The translations under genes were made by a program, and so were the position numbers. Below the pieces are notes generated by a model that was given only the letters and a program-made list of their open reading frames with translations, made no database searches and was not told the DNA's origin. This document shows positions 41,362-52,341 of a DNA stretch of 64,000 bases, piece after piece (within the stretch, counting starts at the first letter, position 1; each line of letters opens with the position of its first letter). This stretch comes from a bacterium. Lineage in GTDB: Bacteria; Patescibacteriota; Minisyncoccia; Phycocordibacterales; UBA1006. The stretch is taken from positions 9,800 through 73,799 of the forward strand of contig JAYVHO010000006.1 of assembly GCA_043771175.1 (NCBI GenBank), written 5' to 3'.

Positions 41362-42606
41362 TTAATTATGCAAATATCTTTCCAAGTATAATCTGCGAGA
41401 CCGCACATAACTCATCCATGCAAGTAACACCACAACACCCGCTGCAATCATAGGTAAATTAGGATTTATCCCTGCAATCACTCCTGCGATGATGGGTGGA
41501 AAGATGTTTGCCAAAGAATTCAGCGACTGTTCTATTCCCAAAACTTCACCTTGTATACCCTTTTGCGCTGCATTTGAGAGCATTGCTTTAATATTTGGCA
41601 TACTCATTCCAATACCCACTGAAATAAATGGCACTAACATAAGAATATGCCATAACTCAGTCGAAGAGGACATCACAATAAGTACCAAACCAAGAAGTAG
41701 CAGTGTTGAAAATGGGATATTGTATATTTTCCATTTCTTAGGAAGCAGCCGTACCACCACTCCTTGAACAAGTACAATACATACCCCTACAAAGGCAAAA
41801 ACGTACCCTATGCTACTTTGTGATAAAGAAAGCCTGTCTATGGCAAATACTTGGAAAAACTGTGTGTAAAAGGTAAATCCTGACATGAATAAAAAGGTAG
41901 TGACATACAGAGAACGAACGGCGGTATTAGAAAATACGGCTTTTAAACTTGCTTTAAAATTAAGTTCTGGAAGGAGCGTTTTGGTGGGTTTGTGGTGCAA
42001 TGTTTCTGATATATATTTTTCTACAAACCACACATTTAACACCGCAAGAAGTGACGCAACGATAAACGGAAGTGCTGGCCCAAACCATGGAACCAAGGTG
42101 CTATCAGATAATACCCCTCCAAGTGCTGGCCCAAGTACCAACCCAAGTCCAATCCCTACTCCTACGATTCCAAAGTTTTTTACCTTATCTTCAGGGCTAC
42201 TTACATCAGCGATGATTGACTGAACTACGGAAATATTTCCTGCAGTAACTCCGTCAATTGCCCGCGATGCAAAGATCATAGGAATGTTTCGCATCATTAC
42301 TCCTACCGCAAACATAATATGACCTAAAAATGTACCAACCAATGAGAATATGAGTGCCTTTTTTCTCCCTACTTTATCTGACCAACGGCCAATTAACGGT
42401 GCACCAAATAACTGCATCAGTGGATACAGTGCTACAATACAACCCAATAAAAATGTTCTCATCTTAAAAGAAATATCTGTTCCAAATAATCCAAAAGAGT
42501 GATCAATGAAAAGTGGTGTGATTACGGGTATGGCAATAGTGAGTCCTAGTAAATCTAAAAACACTACAAAAAATATCGTAAAAAGTGTTTTATTGCTTGG
42601 CTTCAT
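41362..42606 (-). CDS. MFS transporter, TetA/DHA1-like
   Basis: GRWSDKVGRK, GLVLGPALGG, 12-TM pattern. Confidence 0.93.
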   Translation of the reverse strand: MKPSNKTLFTIFFVVFLDLLGLTIAIPVITPLFIDHSFGLFGTDISFKMRTFLLGCIVALYPLMQLFGAPLIGRWSDKVGRKKALIFSLVGTFLGHIMFAVGVMMRNIPMIFASRAIDGVTAGNISVVQSIIADVSSPEDKVKNFGIVGVGIGLGLVLGPALGGVLSDSTLVPWFGPALPFIVASLLAVLNVWFVEKYISETLHHKPTKTLLPELNFKASLKAVFSNTAVRSLYVTTFLFMSGFTFYTQFFQVFAIDRLSLSQSSIGYVFAFVGVCIVLVQGVVVRLLPKKWKIYNIPFSTLLLLGLVLIVMSSSTELWHILMLVPFISVGIGMSMPNIKAMLSNAAQKGIQGEVLGIEQSLNSLANIFPPIIAGVIAGINPNLPMIAAGVVVLLAWMSYVRSRRLYLERYLHN

Positions 42607-42632
42607 AAAATAATTATATCGTAGATTTCAAA

Positions 42633-43040
42633 CTATTTCTTACATTTAGAACAAATACCAAAAAATTCACAACTGTGTCCTAAAATTTCTTTATAACCTC
42701 TTACTTTCTGAATAGATGCCAAAATCTTTTCTAATTTTTCATCATAAAAATGACTTACGGTTCCACACCCTTTGCAGGTAATATGATAATTCTGCTTTCC
42801 ATCTTCCTTAAATTCAAAATATGAAGCACCATGCAAAAAGTCAGATTTTTGAACTAATCCGCAATGCACAAATTCATCTAAATTTCTATAGATCGTAACT
42901 TTATCCATAAACTTTTTAAGTTTCTTGAAAATCATTTCAATAGTTACGGGCTTACTACTGTAATATAAAAACTCAAACAATTTTAATCGTTTTTCTGTGG
43001 CACGTAATTCGTGATGTTGCAAAATCTCCGCAAAATCCAT
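42633..43040 (-). CDS. Fur family transcriptional regulator
   Basis: TIYRNLD, CKGCG, GICSKC. Confidence 0.92.
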   Translation of the reverse strand: MDFAEILQHHELRATEKRLKLFEFLYYSSKPVTIEMIFKKLKKFMDKVTIYRNLDEFVHCGLVQKSDFLHGASYFEFKEDGKQNYHITCKGCGTVSHFYDEKLEKILASIQKVRGYKEILGHSCEFFGICSKCKK

Positions 43041-43042
43041 AA

Positions 43043-44305
43043 TTATTTTATAAAAGACATTACATCCTCAATTGCTATGATTTTGGTTTCTTTTAGTGAT
43101 CGGCTTGTGTGTTCTACTCCACCGGCTGCGATTGATTTTTGACTCACCACCATTCTGTGCGGCATACCCATCAAATCTGCGTCGTTAAGTTTTGAACCAG
43201 TAGAAACATCTGTCCTATCATCAACAATATAAGTAACTGCATTATTTTCAAGAGTTTCCGTAAGTTCTTTTGTCATTTTTATAACCTCTTCATCATTGCC
43301 CAATACGCAAATATGAACTTTATATGGCGCAATCTGAATTGGCCAAACAAGTCCTTTTTCATCTGAAAGAGTTTCTGCAATAATTCCCATCACGCGCCCT
43401 GGACCAATTCCATAGGAACCCATAATAACAGGTTTTTTTGTTCCATCTTCTGCAGTATATAAAAGTTCAAATGCATCAGAAAATTTAGTTCCCAGTGAAA
43501 AAATATTTCCTGACTCTGATGTTTTATATTCAATCAATGTGTCCTTATTAAGCCCCAACATTTCAATAACTTCTGAATTATTTACTTCTTCATTGATAGC
43601 AATTTTTTTAATAGGATCATAATAGACAATATCTTCTCCGGCATCTGTAATTGTTTGAAATTCATGAGAAAACCTTGAGAAACTCCCTCCGGAAGCAAAG
43701 GTAAGAAGCGTTGATTCCCCAATACCTAATCTATTAAAAATAGTTATATATGCTTGTTTTGCTTTTTCATAAAAAGTTTCATGCTCTTCTACTGTTGAAC
43801 AAAAAGAATACAGGTCTTTCATGATAAATTCTCGACAACGCATAATTCCAGATTTTGCACGAGTTTCATTTCTAAACTTTGTTTGAAATTGATATACAGA
43901 AAATGGTAAGTCACGATATGAAGATATGTATTGTTTCAGCATTTGAGTAATTGGTTCTTCGTGGGTAAAAGAAAGCCCCATTTGTGTGCCTGATTTTAAG
44001 TTGGTTTTAAACCATACGTCTACCACCTCATCATTAAATCGCCCAGTTGTTTCCCATGTTTCTTTGGTTTGCAGTGCTGTCATAGAAAGCTCTTGCGCAC
44101 CCAAATTGTTCATCTCTTCTCTAATGATTTCAATAATATTATTCATCACTTTTAATCCAAGAGGTAAATATGCATAAACTCCCGCAGCTTCTTTTGAAAT
44201 ATATCCACCACGGATTAATAGTTGTGCATTTTTTGAAACTTCATCAGAAGGTGCTTCTTTTTTTGTTTTAGTAAACAGATGTTTCATTGATGTGCCGTAT
44301 TTCAT
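43043..44305 (-). CDS. proS: Proline--tRNA ligase (short form, no editing insert)
   Basis: THEE, YQFQTKFRNE.R, REFIMKDLYSF, MGSYGIG. Confidence 0.96.
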   Translation of the reverse strand: MKYGTSMKHLFTKTKKEAPSDEVSKNAQLLIRGGYISKEAAGVYAYLPLGLKVMNNIIEIIREEMNNLGAQELSMTALQTKETWETTGRFNDEVVDVWFKTNLKSGTQMGLSFTHEEPITQMLKQYISSYRDLPFSVYQFQTKFRNETRAKSGIMRCREFIMKDLYSFCSTVEEHETFYEKAKQAYITIFNRLGIGESTLLTFASGGSFSRFSHEFQTITDAGEDIVYYDPIKKIAINEEVNNSEVIEMLGLNKDTLIEYKTSESGNIFSLGTKFSDAFELLYTAEDGTKKPVIMGSYGIGPGRVMGIIAETLSDEKGLVWPIQIAPYKVHICVLGNDEEVIKMTKELTETLENNAVTYIVDDRTDVSTGSKLNDADLMGMPHRMVVSQKSIAAGGVEHTSRSLKETKIIAIEDVMSFIK

Positions 44306-44337
44306 AGTTACTCAACTATAGCAAAATTTACCATATT

Positions 44338-44892
44338 ATGCCACTGATTTGCATGTTGAAAGACTATTTTATTTACACCAGAAGACTTGCACAAATTTAC
44401 TATTGTAGTACACTGAAACTCGTTTCCTTAAAAATGGTTCCTAACAAACAATTTAAACCCGTTAAAAAAATGAACATTCAAACAGTCCCCGCCCCCATGG
44501 TCAGTTTAAGTGAAATGCATTTTTCATCTTCGTTTTTCAAGGCACTATTTATGGCTCTTACTCAACCAAAAGAACATCACGTTCTTGATAGGCGAAGAGT
44601 TGAGTCGGTACGTAGTTTTTACGAACCAGCAGATGTGGCTCATGTCACCAATTTACGATCCTCTCTTATTGATAAGTTTGGAACAACGACCAAGGTATCG
44701 TCTCAAGAAGTTTTTGATTTTTTAAAAAAAGAATCAACATCAACATTTCTCAAAAAATCATTTTTGTGGCTCACAAAATTGATTTCTGCTTTCCGAAAAA
44801 AATTTATCAAGTTCCAAATATACTTGATTAAATTTTTTACCACCATTAGCATTAAACAAATGCTGCACGTAAAAAAACTAAGAGTTGAATAA
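44338..44892 (+). CDS. Hypothetical protein (start uncertain)
   Basis: ORF fills the gap and is followed by a terminator at 44908-44938. Confidence 0.55.
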   Translation: MPLICMLKDYFIYTRRLAQIYYCSTLKLVSLKMVPNKQFKPVKKMNIQTVPAPMVSLSEMHFSSSFFKALFMALTQPKEHHVLDRRRVESVRSFYEPADVAHVTNLRSSLIDKFGTTTKVSSQEVFDFLKKESTSTFLKKSFLWLTKLISAFRKKFIKFQIYLIKFFTTISIKQMLHVKKLRVE

Positions 44893-44948
44893 TTCTTAGT
44901 TTCAAATAAAAAACCTCAGAAATTTCTGAGGTTTTTTTACTACATTTT

Positions 44949-46232
44949 TTAATCTTGTTTTTTGGCAAGAAGTTTTCCTAAAAAGGATTCTTCTTTGTCA
45001 TATTTTTTAAAACCATGATCTTCCATGACATTCAAAATATGCTCTTGATATTTTTCATCAGTTGCATACCCTGCTTTTGCAATGGCTTTAAGGAAATCTT
45101 CACCTTCAGTTTCTCTGAAAGCTTTTCGGTATCTGCGATTTATTCGTAAAAATACAGAAAATGCTGAAAATGACTCATCCATATTAGAATATATTCTAAA
45201 ATGATCCCATTTTGAGTTGTCGTGAATATTTACACAACACCCATTAGTTTCAATATTTCTGTTGTTATTGCGTTTTGCCATTTTTATGTGCTTCCAACAT
45301 TTTATGTTGAAATTATTATGGTAAGCAGCACCAACTCCTTTTCTACCCTGAGAAGTTTCTTGTGTCCATAAGGTTAAAAAAACACTTGGTGGAATTCTTC
45401 CATGAAGACCATCTGCATATTTTTTTGCCAACTCAATACCTTCTTCTAATCTTTCGTTAGTATTTGCGGTAATTTGTTTTTTTACAGAAACTTCCTTTTT
45501 TGGTTTTGTAGGGGAAGCAATAACAACGATATCTTCATCATCATTATTATCATCTTCAAATTCTTTCCAAACTTGTCTTGCAATTTTGGTATAAAATTCC
45601 AAACGCTTTGGAAAGTTTTCAATACTCATTTGGCAAAAAGTGCCATTAAGCATAGCTTCACCATTTCCGTCATTTTGAAGATTTTTAAGGTTGTGATAAA
45701 TAATCCCCATGATAATTTTTGCTTCAACCTCAGAATCAAATACATAAAAACTTTCTTCTTCTGGTGTTATTTGAACTTTATACCTTTTCAGTAGAGATGA
45801 GTCTTCCATCATGTTTTTTTTCATAAATTCATATGAAATATTAAAATGATTTAAACCATTAACTGTCTGATATGACGTACCACCATTACTTGCTGCCATT
45901 TTCAGAGCGACAAAGTAAATTGGTGTCATACTGGTATCCTTGCCAAATAATGCCAATTTCATGAAATTTTCTTTAATGACTTTTTTCAAAAAAGAAATAT
46001 TCATGGTTTCTTTGGAGTCTTTTGAACCCCAATATACTTTGGTATTAAATGGAATATATTTTCTTCCATCTTCACCAGTTTTTATGCCAGCAAATTGGCT
46101 TTTTTCAAGATAATCCTGAGTCCAGCGTTGACGGTAAAATTCTTGCTGAATTGGTCTGTGAGTCGGCTTATTGCTGCACTCAGCAAAGGAAACCGAAAGA
46201 AACGTAATCAAGATTGTGCAAAATTTTTTCAT
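44949..46232 (-). CDS. Secreted protein with C-terminal glucosaminidase (GH73/FlgJ-like) domain
   Basis: Signal peptide; IPPSV...QETSQG, NNFNIKC, FRIY, AGYATD. Confidence 0.85.
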   Translation of the reverse strand: MKKFCTILITFLSVSFAECSNKPTHRPIQQEFYRQRWTQDYLEKSQFAGIKTGEDGRKYIPFNTKVYWGSKDSKETMNISFLKKVIKENFMKLALFGKDTSMTPIYFVALKMAASNGGTSYQTVNGLNHFNISYEFMKKNMMEDSSLLKRYKVQITPEEESFYVFDSEVEAKIIMGIIYHNLKNLQNDGNGEAMLNGTFCQMSIENFPKRLEFYTKIARQVWKEFEDDNNDDEDIVVIASPTKPKKEVSVKKQITANTNERLEEGIELAKKYADGLHGRIPPSVFLTLWTQETSQGRKGVGAAYHNNFNIKCWKHIKMAKRNNNRNIETNGCCVNIHDNSKWDHFRIYSNMDESFSAFSVFLRINRRYRKAFRETEGEDFLKAIAKAGYATDEKYQEHILNVMEDHGFKKYDKEESFLGKLLAKKQD

Positions 46233-46351
46233 CTTTTTAAGTTTTTTGCTTCAACATATAGAGAATATACGTGAGCAGTTAGTAAATAGTTTTCTAATAC
46301 ATAATATACTATTTTACAAAAATGTCAATATGTACAGTATTTAAATACATG

Positions 46352-47023
46352 TTAATCGCCAATGGTTCTTGAAATAAGAGCATGAAAAATATTAATGAAA
46401 ATAAGGGTCATAAACGAAAACACCAAGACAAATCCCCACTCGGTAATTACTAAATGCTGATCCAGTAGTGTTCTTACCGAATCTGCAATTTTTGACGGTT
46501 CCAGAACATCCCAACTGTTAAGGCGTGAAAAACGCCCAAAATATACCCCAATCCCCACCAATAATGAAATAATAATGTTAAATAACCACCACATATGGAG
46601 TTTTTGGAAAGAAAATAGTTGCGGACGAACTAATTCAATAGAATATACACCAGCAAGTAAAGAAATAGTTGCAGAAAGGTATAATGTTAAGTTTTTAAGC
46701 CAAAATAATACTCCTGGACCTTCTCCTAGGTGAATAAAGTCCGTGACAATGTAGAACGCATTAGGGAGAAAGAAAATCCATACTGACAAGGAAATAAGCC
46801 ACAGAGGATAACCCACAATTGCAGTCTCTTTAATACTTCTTCCAAACAATGCCGCAAGAAGTGGAATCCACGCCAATAATATATTTTTATGAAGGAGGCC
46901 TAATGAATGAGGAGTAATGGTGGTCAATGACGCCAAAAACATTGAAAATGCGGCACCTAGTAAAAGATATAAGAAAAATTTAGGATTAATGGTGACACGC
47001 TTTAAAGTCTCGTAATATGACAT
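46352..47023 (-). CDS. DUF1361 family membrane protein
   Basis: NILLAWIP, FLPNAFYIVTDFIHL, GRFSRLNSWD. Confidence 0.9.
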   Translation of the reverse strand: MSYYETLKRVTINPKFFLYLLLGAAFSMFLASLTTITPHSLGLLHKNILLAWIPLLAALFGRSIKETAIVGYPLWLISLSVWIFFLPNAFYIVTDFIHLGEGPGVLFWLKNLTLYLSATISLLAGVYSIELVRPQLFSFQKLHMWWLFNIIISLLVGIGVYFGRFSRLNSWDVLEPSKIADSVRTLLDQHLVITEWGFVLVFSFMTLIFINIFHALISRTIGD

Positions 47024-47043
47024 ATTAATAGTATTATACTCTC

Positions 47044-47481
47044 TTAGTTTTGTTTGTTTTTAAGTTCTTGCAACATGGCTATAATTTTATTGAGTTTTTC
47101 GTCTTCAATTCTCGTTAAATCAATTTGGATTGATTCAATTTCTTCTTTTGCTTTTTTATTTACCATATAATCTTCAAGTGCCTGAACACGATCTCGGTCT
47201 TCTTGACGATTTTGAGCCATCATAATAATTGGTGCTGCGTACGCTGCTTGGGTAGAAAATAACAGATTCAAAAGAATAAATGGATACGGATCCCAATGGT
47301 ATATAAATCCAATAATATTTAAAATCATCCAAATAATAACAATCACTGTTTGAATAATAATAAACTTCCACGACCCCATACCACCCGCAACAATATCTGA
47401 TATGATTTCTCCTCTTGTTCTGGTGTCAGAATGTTTTCTATGCCATGTACGTGGTGCTACATTTTCTTCATGTTGTTTCAT
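47044..47481 (-). CDS. DUF1003 family protein
   Basis: GSWKFII, WDPYPFILLNLLFSTQAAYAAPIIMMAQNR. Confidence 0.93.
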   Translation of the reverse strand: MKQHEENVAPRTWHRKHSDTRTRGEIISDIVAGGMGSWKFIIIQTVIVIIWMILNIIGFIYHWDPYPFILLNLLFSTQAAYAAPIIMMAQNRQEDRDRVQALEDYMVNKKAKEEIESIQIDLTRIEDEKLNKIIAMLQELKNKQN

Positions 47482-47576
47482 ATGTAAGTAAGTATACTTC
47501 CTTGGTGGTGCATTTCAAAGAATCACCCATCAATCCACACAAAAACACTCCTTTTAAGAGTGTTTTTGTGTATGTT

Positions 47577-47650
47577 GGGTGACTAGAGGGAATCGAACCC
47601 TCGCTAGGGGCACCACAAACCCCTGTGCTAACCGTTACACCATAGCCACC
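47577..47650 (-). tRNA. tRNA-His(GTG)
   Basis: G-1 GTGGCTA...TTGTGGT...GGTTCGATTCC...TAGTCACC. Confidence 0.93.
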
Positions 47651-47665
47651 AGCTGGTAAAATATA

Positions 47666-50035
47666 CTATATTTTTGGCATTGCGTCAAAATTATTATTTT
47701 GGGTTTTACACTGCAATGCATACTGCTCTTCTGGTGATACTATATTTTGCACTTTTGAAGACTCATTACTAATACAATATAAATTATTTGCTTGACTTAC
47801 CGACTGAACAACAATTCGGTACTCTTTATCGTTATCCTCACAAACTAAAGAATCACTCATATTTTTCGTATCACTTATCACCAGTTTAATACCTGGGTCG
47901 CTATCACATGCCCCTTCATACGTTTTCTTTTCTTTATTATGAGATTTTAGAAGTCCTAATAATTTAGTAAGATTTGTTTTTATTTGGTTATCTAAATCAA
48001 TCTGGCGATTTCTGGTAAATGCACCAATTACGTCTACCACCAACTCACCTGGATTTTCTGCGGATAATGTTTCTAGTTTATCAACTGTTTCATTTACCCT
48101 ATTGCTTATGATTCCTTCATTTTCACCCAAACTACCAAATAATTGATAAAGAATTTCATCATTTTCTGGTATTGGTGTACCTGGTTCAGCAATAACAGCA
48201 CCGGTTCCTTGCAGGCGAGATGACACCACATACTGCATATTTCCTTCCAACTTAATTAAATCTCCCAGCGCCTGAGAACCCGTTAATGAAAGATGATATC
48301 CCAATGTTATGGGATCTTTTGTTTCTTTATCTATCCCAACATCAACTTTTGAAATTTTTTGATTAAATAATAAATCAGTAAATCCTTTGGTAAGGCTGGG
48401 GTTAAACTGAGATCCAAATATTTCATCAACCCAATTGCCAAAATTAAATTTACTCACTGAAGTATTTAGAACATCATCATACACAAATTGAAGCCGCTGT
48501 GCGTTTGCATCGCTTTTAGCAACATTTACTAGATCTTTTTGCTTATCAAACTGACGAAGTATTTTTTTGAAGAGAAGTGGTGCTGACTCTCCAGAAAATG
48601 ATGCCATTTTTACTGAATCATATTGAAGCTCATCAAGATGTCGAGGATCTATCATAAACCATATATTTGAAGGAGCACCTTCTATTCCTCTGGTTTGTCC
48701 CAACGATTGACCATCAACTCTTCTTATATAAATAACGGGATCTATAACTATCATTTCAAAAGGAATAGTAGTTTTTCCAATTGAAAGCTCACCCTTTGAA
48801 CGTTCATGGTACGTTGAGCCAAATTTTATTAAATCACGTTCTGCGCTATATGATATTTTTTCTTCATCTTTAAGTTCTTGAATAGGAACGCCCAACAACA
48901 TTGAAAATGATTCTTTTAAGGGAGTTTTAAGCGTCAATGTTCCAGTGAATTTTGTTTTTAAGGTAAGCCCTGGATATTTTGAAAATAACTTTGAATAGGC
49001 AACATCGTGTAAGATTTCTTTATCTTTTTTATTTAAAAATGAAAGCTTATTAATAACTTCACTTGCCAACCCTTTTTGAGATTGAATGAATAAGTATCCA
49101 GCCGCAGCAAGAAAAATAATAAACAAAAAGAACGTAATCATTTTTTGGTTTCGTGAACGCGTTGGATCTATTGTATTTACTAGTGGTTGTGGACTAGGAA
49201 TAGGTACGGCAAATACTGGCATTGGTGCAGAATATGATTGTGGTTGAGAAGTAGCTACCTGTGCAGGTGTTTGATATGCCGGCATGATGGGCATACTTTG
49301 ATTAAATGGAGAACTATTCACTACTGCTGATTGTTCAATTGGTACCACTTGTTCTTGTAATGATACAGGAAGTGGCTGTAGAATTTGCTGATTCATGCTT
49401 TCTGCAGATATGGGTGCGTGCTGCTGAAAAGGATTTGCATTGTCAGAAATACCCATATCAACAAACTGTGCAACAGGTTCTACAACAGGAGTCATATCAT
49501 ATGCCGATTGAGGTTGAACATACCCCGGTTTATTTTGAGCAGAAAGTTGTGCAAGCGACACGGCAAAGGTTGGGTGGTCTTGTGTTGATTGGTTTACTAC
49601 CGGTAACGTAACGGAAATTGGAGGTTTTTGTAGCATTGGCTCATAAGAAAGAGGTGTCAAAGTTGATAATGATGCAAGAACAGGAGTTTGAATAGGTACT
49701 ACTGGTGCTGGTGCTGACATTTGAAATTCAGGCGTGAATGTTGTTTCAAAAGGTTTCGTATCTATTGATTCTTCTCCTATAATGATTTGTTGCTCTGGTT
49801 CCAACTCCCCAGAAACAGTAGGTATATTTTGTACTGGTGACACCATTTCAGAAAATGGATTTTTATCAATTACCAGTATTGAGTTTTTTACACCACCATC
49901 TATTTCTCTGATGGCATCATCAAAGTCAGATTTATCCCATCCACCAATTACGTTTAACGCTCTGAATATTTCATCGTCATTAATTCCCTCTTCTCTTTGA
50001 TTTTGTATGAAGTCTATTACTGCTTGATCAACCAT
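47666..50035 (-). CDS. Single-pass membrane protein with long Pro/Gln-rich cytoplasmic region
   Basis: Low-complexity N-terminal half, TM near residue 300, Cys-containing C-terminus; start placed after TATAAT. Confidence 0.8.
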   Translation of the reverse strand: MVDQAVIDFIQNQREEGINDDEIFRALNVIGGWDKSDFDDAIREIDGGVKNSILVIDKNPFSEMVSPVQNIPTVSGELEPEQQIIIGEESIDTKPFETTFTPEFQMSAPAPVVPIQTPVLASLSTLTPLSYEPMLQKPPISVTLPVVNQSTQDHPTFAVSLAQLSAQNKPGYVQPQSAYDMTPVVEPVAQFVDMGISDNANPFQQHAPISAESMNQQILQPLPVSLQEQVVPIEQSAVVNSSPFNQSMPIMPAYQTPAQVATSQPQSYSAPMPVFAVPIPSPQPLVNTIDPTRSRNQKMITFFLFIIFLAAAGYLFIQSQKGLASEVINKLSFLNKKDKEILHDVAYSKLFSKYPGLTLKTKFTGTLTLKTPLKESFSMLLGVPIQELKDEEKISYSAERDLIKFGSTYHERSKGELSIGKTTIPFEMIVIDPVIYIRRVDGQSLGQTRGIEGAPSNIWFMIDPRHLDELQYDSVKMASFSGESAPLLFKKILRQFDKQKDLVNVAKSDANAQRLQFVYDDVLNTSVSKFNFGNWVDEIFGSQFNPSLTKGFTDLLFNQKISKVDVGIDKETKDPITLGYHLSLTGSQALGDLIKLEGNMQYVVSSRLQGTGAVIAEPGTPIPENDEILYQLFGSLGENEGIISNRVNETVDKLETLSAENPGELVVDVIGAFTRNRQIDLDNQIKTNLTKLLGLLKSHNKEKKTYEGACDSDPGIKLVISDTKNMSDSLVCEDNDKEYRIVVQSVSQANNLYCISNESSKVQNIVSPEEQYALQCKTQNNNFDAMPKI

Positions 50036-50065
50036 ATCAGTTTTATTATACACTAATTATTTTTA

Positions 50066-50458
50066 CTATTCTGTAGTAACTCCATCAAAATGCTCTTCTA
50101 TCATAGCATCAGCTTTTGTAGGATGAATAATTCCATCTTTATGATGTGGCCCTGCATATATAGTGTATAACTTCATAGTCTTATCTCCGGTATTTATTAC
50201 ATTATGTTGAGTTCCTCGTGGCACAATAAAAGCAGAATCATCTTCAATATCATAAGTTTCTTCACCAATCATAAATTTACCTTTCCCTTCTTCTACTCTG
50301 AAAAATTGATCCACATCTTCATGAGTTTCAAGTCCAATATCTTCATGAGGTAAAAGACTCATCACCACCAGCTGCATCCCCTGTGTTGTATATAAAATTT
50401 TTCTAAAGTTATTATTTTCTTCTGTTATGTCTTCTATATTTGATATAAATCCTTTCAT
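50066..50458 (-). CDS. Cupin domain protein
   Basis: IGLETHEDVDQFFRVEEG, VPRGTQHNV. Confidence 0.93.
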   Translation of the reverse strand: MKGFISNIEDITEENNNFRKILYTTQGMQLVVMSLLPHEDIGLETHEDVDQFFRVEEGKGKFMIGEETYDIEDDSAFIVPRGTQHNVINTGDKTMKLYTIYAGPHHKDGIIHPTKADAMIEEHFDGVTTE

Positions 50459-50531
50459 ATAATTTGTGAGTATTACGAATATGTCATAAGTATATCACTA
50501 TAAAAAAACACCCTCGAAAGGATATTTTTTG

Positions 50532-50616
50532 TGCCCAAGAGAGGACTTGAACCTCCATGCCCGTTACAGGCGTTACCACCTCAAGGTAGTGCGTCTACCA
50601 GTTTCGCCACCTGGGC
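50532..50616 (-). tRNA. tRNA-Leu(GAG)
   Basis: GCCCAGG...CTACC-TTGAGGT-GGTAA, long variable arm, GGTTCAAGTCC. Confidence 0.93.
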
Positions 50617-50723
50617 ATTGTGAGGCTACCTTGCGGCACTCCTCATATGAACAGTATACAAAATTTAGAGAAAAATGCAAAAAAAATCACCCACATTTCT
50701 GTGAGTGATTTTTTATTTAAGAA

Positions 50724-51383
50724 TTATTCTTCCTTTTTTTCTTCAGGAGTTTCTTCTGAGGCTTCGGCTGTTTCAATAACAACTTCTTCAACAGGAACTT
50801 CAACTATTTCTGCTGGAATTTCTTCTACAGTAGGAGTTTCAACAACTTCTGGAATTTCTTCCGCTGGTGTTACTTCTTCAACAACTGGCATTGAAACTTC
50901 TTCTTGGGCTTCAATTACTGGAGTTTCTTCGATAACTTCTTCTATTTCTGGAAGCTTATCTTCTTCAATAACTAAATCTTTTGAAGTTGAGAAAAATTGA
51001 ACCAAACTTCTGATCTTTCTGCGAATATCTCGAGATACACGTGTTCGGATATAGTAAAGCTTAGATCGTCCTGCATTTGAACGGCGAATTACTTCAATAA
51101 GTTCAATGTTTGGAGAATAAAGTGGGAATACACGTTCAACACCAAATCCGTTAGAAACTTTGCGAACCGTAAAGGTTGCTCCGGCTTCTCGTCCGTGTTT
51201 TCTGGCAAGTACCAATCCTTCAAACATCTGGATACGGAATTTATCTTTTCCTTGTTTATCTTTACCTTCTTTAATTTTAACGTGTACACGTACAGTATCT
51301 CCTGATTTCATATCAAGATTTTGACGAGCACGAAACGCTGGCGCGATGTGCATGAGTTGGTTTTCGAGTGTCTTGGTGTTCAT
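50724..51383 (-). CDS. rplS: 50S ribosomal protein L19 with acidic C-terminal extension
   Basis: [37 protein letters not shown]. Confidence 0.96.
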   Translation of the reverse strand: MNTKTLENQLMHIAPAFRARQNLDMKSGDTVRVHVKIKEGKDKQGKDKFRIQMFEGLVLARKHGREAGATFTVRKVSNGFGVERVFPLYSPNIELIEVIRRSNAGRSKLYYIRTRVSRDIRRKIRSLVQFFSTSKDLVIEEDKLPEIEEVIEETPVIEAQEEVSMPVVEEVTPAEEIPEVVETPTVEEIPAEIVEVPVEEVVIETAEASEETPEEKKEE

Positions 51384-51429
51384 AAAAGTGTGGTTACTAT
51401 ATCATAGTGATATGTTTTTTGCAAGAAAA

Positions 51430-52203
51430 TTACAGCGCCTCATCTTTGATGTTTTTTAATGCGAATATAAAGTCTTCTGGCAGCGGTGCCTCAAATTCAT
51501 ATGGCTTTTCATCATAGGTAAATGACAAAGTGTGGGCATGCAAAGCAACTCGTTTAAATCCAAGAGAAAATGCTCCGCTTTCTTCTTTTGCTAGGGCTCC
51601 TGAATATTGAGTATCTGCTACTACTGGGTGATTAAGTGCCTTCATATGAACACGAATTTGATGAGTTCTTCCTGTTAATAATTGAAGGGTAAGATACGTG
51701 ATTTTCTCTTCTCCCCAAGGACTTATAGCATATCCCTTTTTTAGTACATTATATCTGGTTTTTGCTTCACGAAGGAGGCCACGCGCTCCGCGCGTGGCAG
51801 ACCAATTCTTAAACTGGCTGGCACTGCGCCCAATAGGACGGTCAATCAAGCCTCTTTCAGCAGATAAATGACCATATACAAAGGCTTTATAGTGTTTAGC
51901 GATGGTATGGTTTTGAAAATGATCCTTAAAAATCTCATACGCCTTTTGATTTTTTGCCCAAATTAATATTCCTGATGTTTCCCCATCCAATCTATGTACC
52001 ACCCCGCTTCTTTCAATAGGGATTTTTACTCCGTTAATTTCTACGGTAGATTCTTCACCAACCCCTTGTACTTCTGGATATTTTTCTAATAAATAATCAC
52101 AGAGTGATTTTTCCGTACTTCTACCATCACCGTGCACTAAAATACCCGATGGTTTATTAACCACCAAAAAGTCATCACATTCAAAAATAGTTTCTATATT
52201 CAT
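51430..52203 (-). CDS. RluA/RluD family pseudouridine synthase
   Basis: VNKPSG, VHRLD, TGRTHQIRVH, LHA. Confidence 0.96.
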   Translation of the reverse strand: MNIETIFECDDFLVVNKPSGILVHGDGRSTEKSLCDYLLEKYPEVQGVGEESTVEINGVKIPIERSGVVHRLDGETSGILIWAKNQKAYEIFKDHFQNHTIAKHYKAFVYGHLSAERGLIDRPIGRSASQFKNWSATRGARGLLREAKTRYNVLKKGYAISPWGEEKITYLTLQLLTGRTHQIRVHMKALNHPVVADTQYSGALAKEESGAFSLGFKRVALHAHTLSFTYDEKPYEFEAPLPEDFIFALKNIKDEAL

Positions 52204-52231
52204 ACCATGCAGTATAGCGATGATTCCCCTC

Positions 52232-52341
52232 TTGTCAAAGATAAATCAATGGGATATACTCTTTGAACAAAGAGGGTGACATGTTTTAAAACCAACAGAC
52301 ACTTATTTTAAGGATATCTGTTGTGTCATAACCTCTTTTTT
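52232..52341 (+). promoter_or_regulatory. Sigma70 promoter and long hairpin leader preceding tRNA-Val
   Basis: TTGTCA-17 nt-TATACT (52232-52260); hairpin 52269-52338 followed by T-run. Confidence 0.6.
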
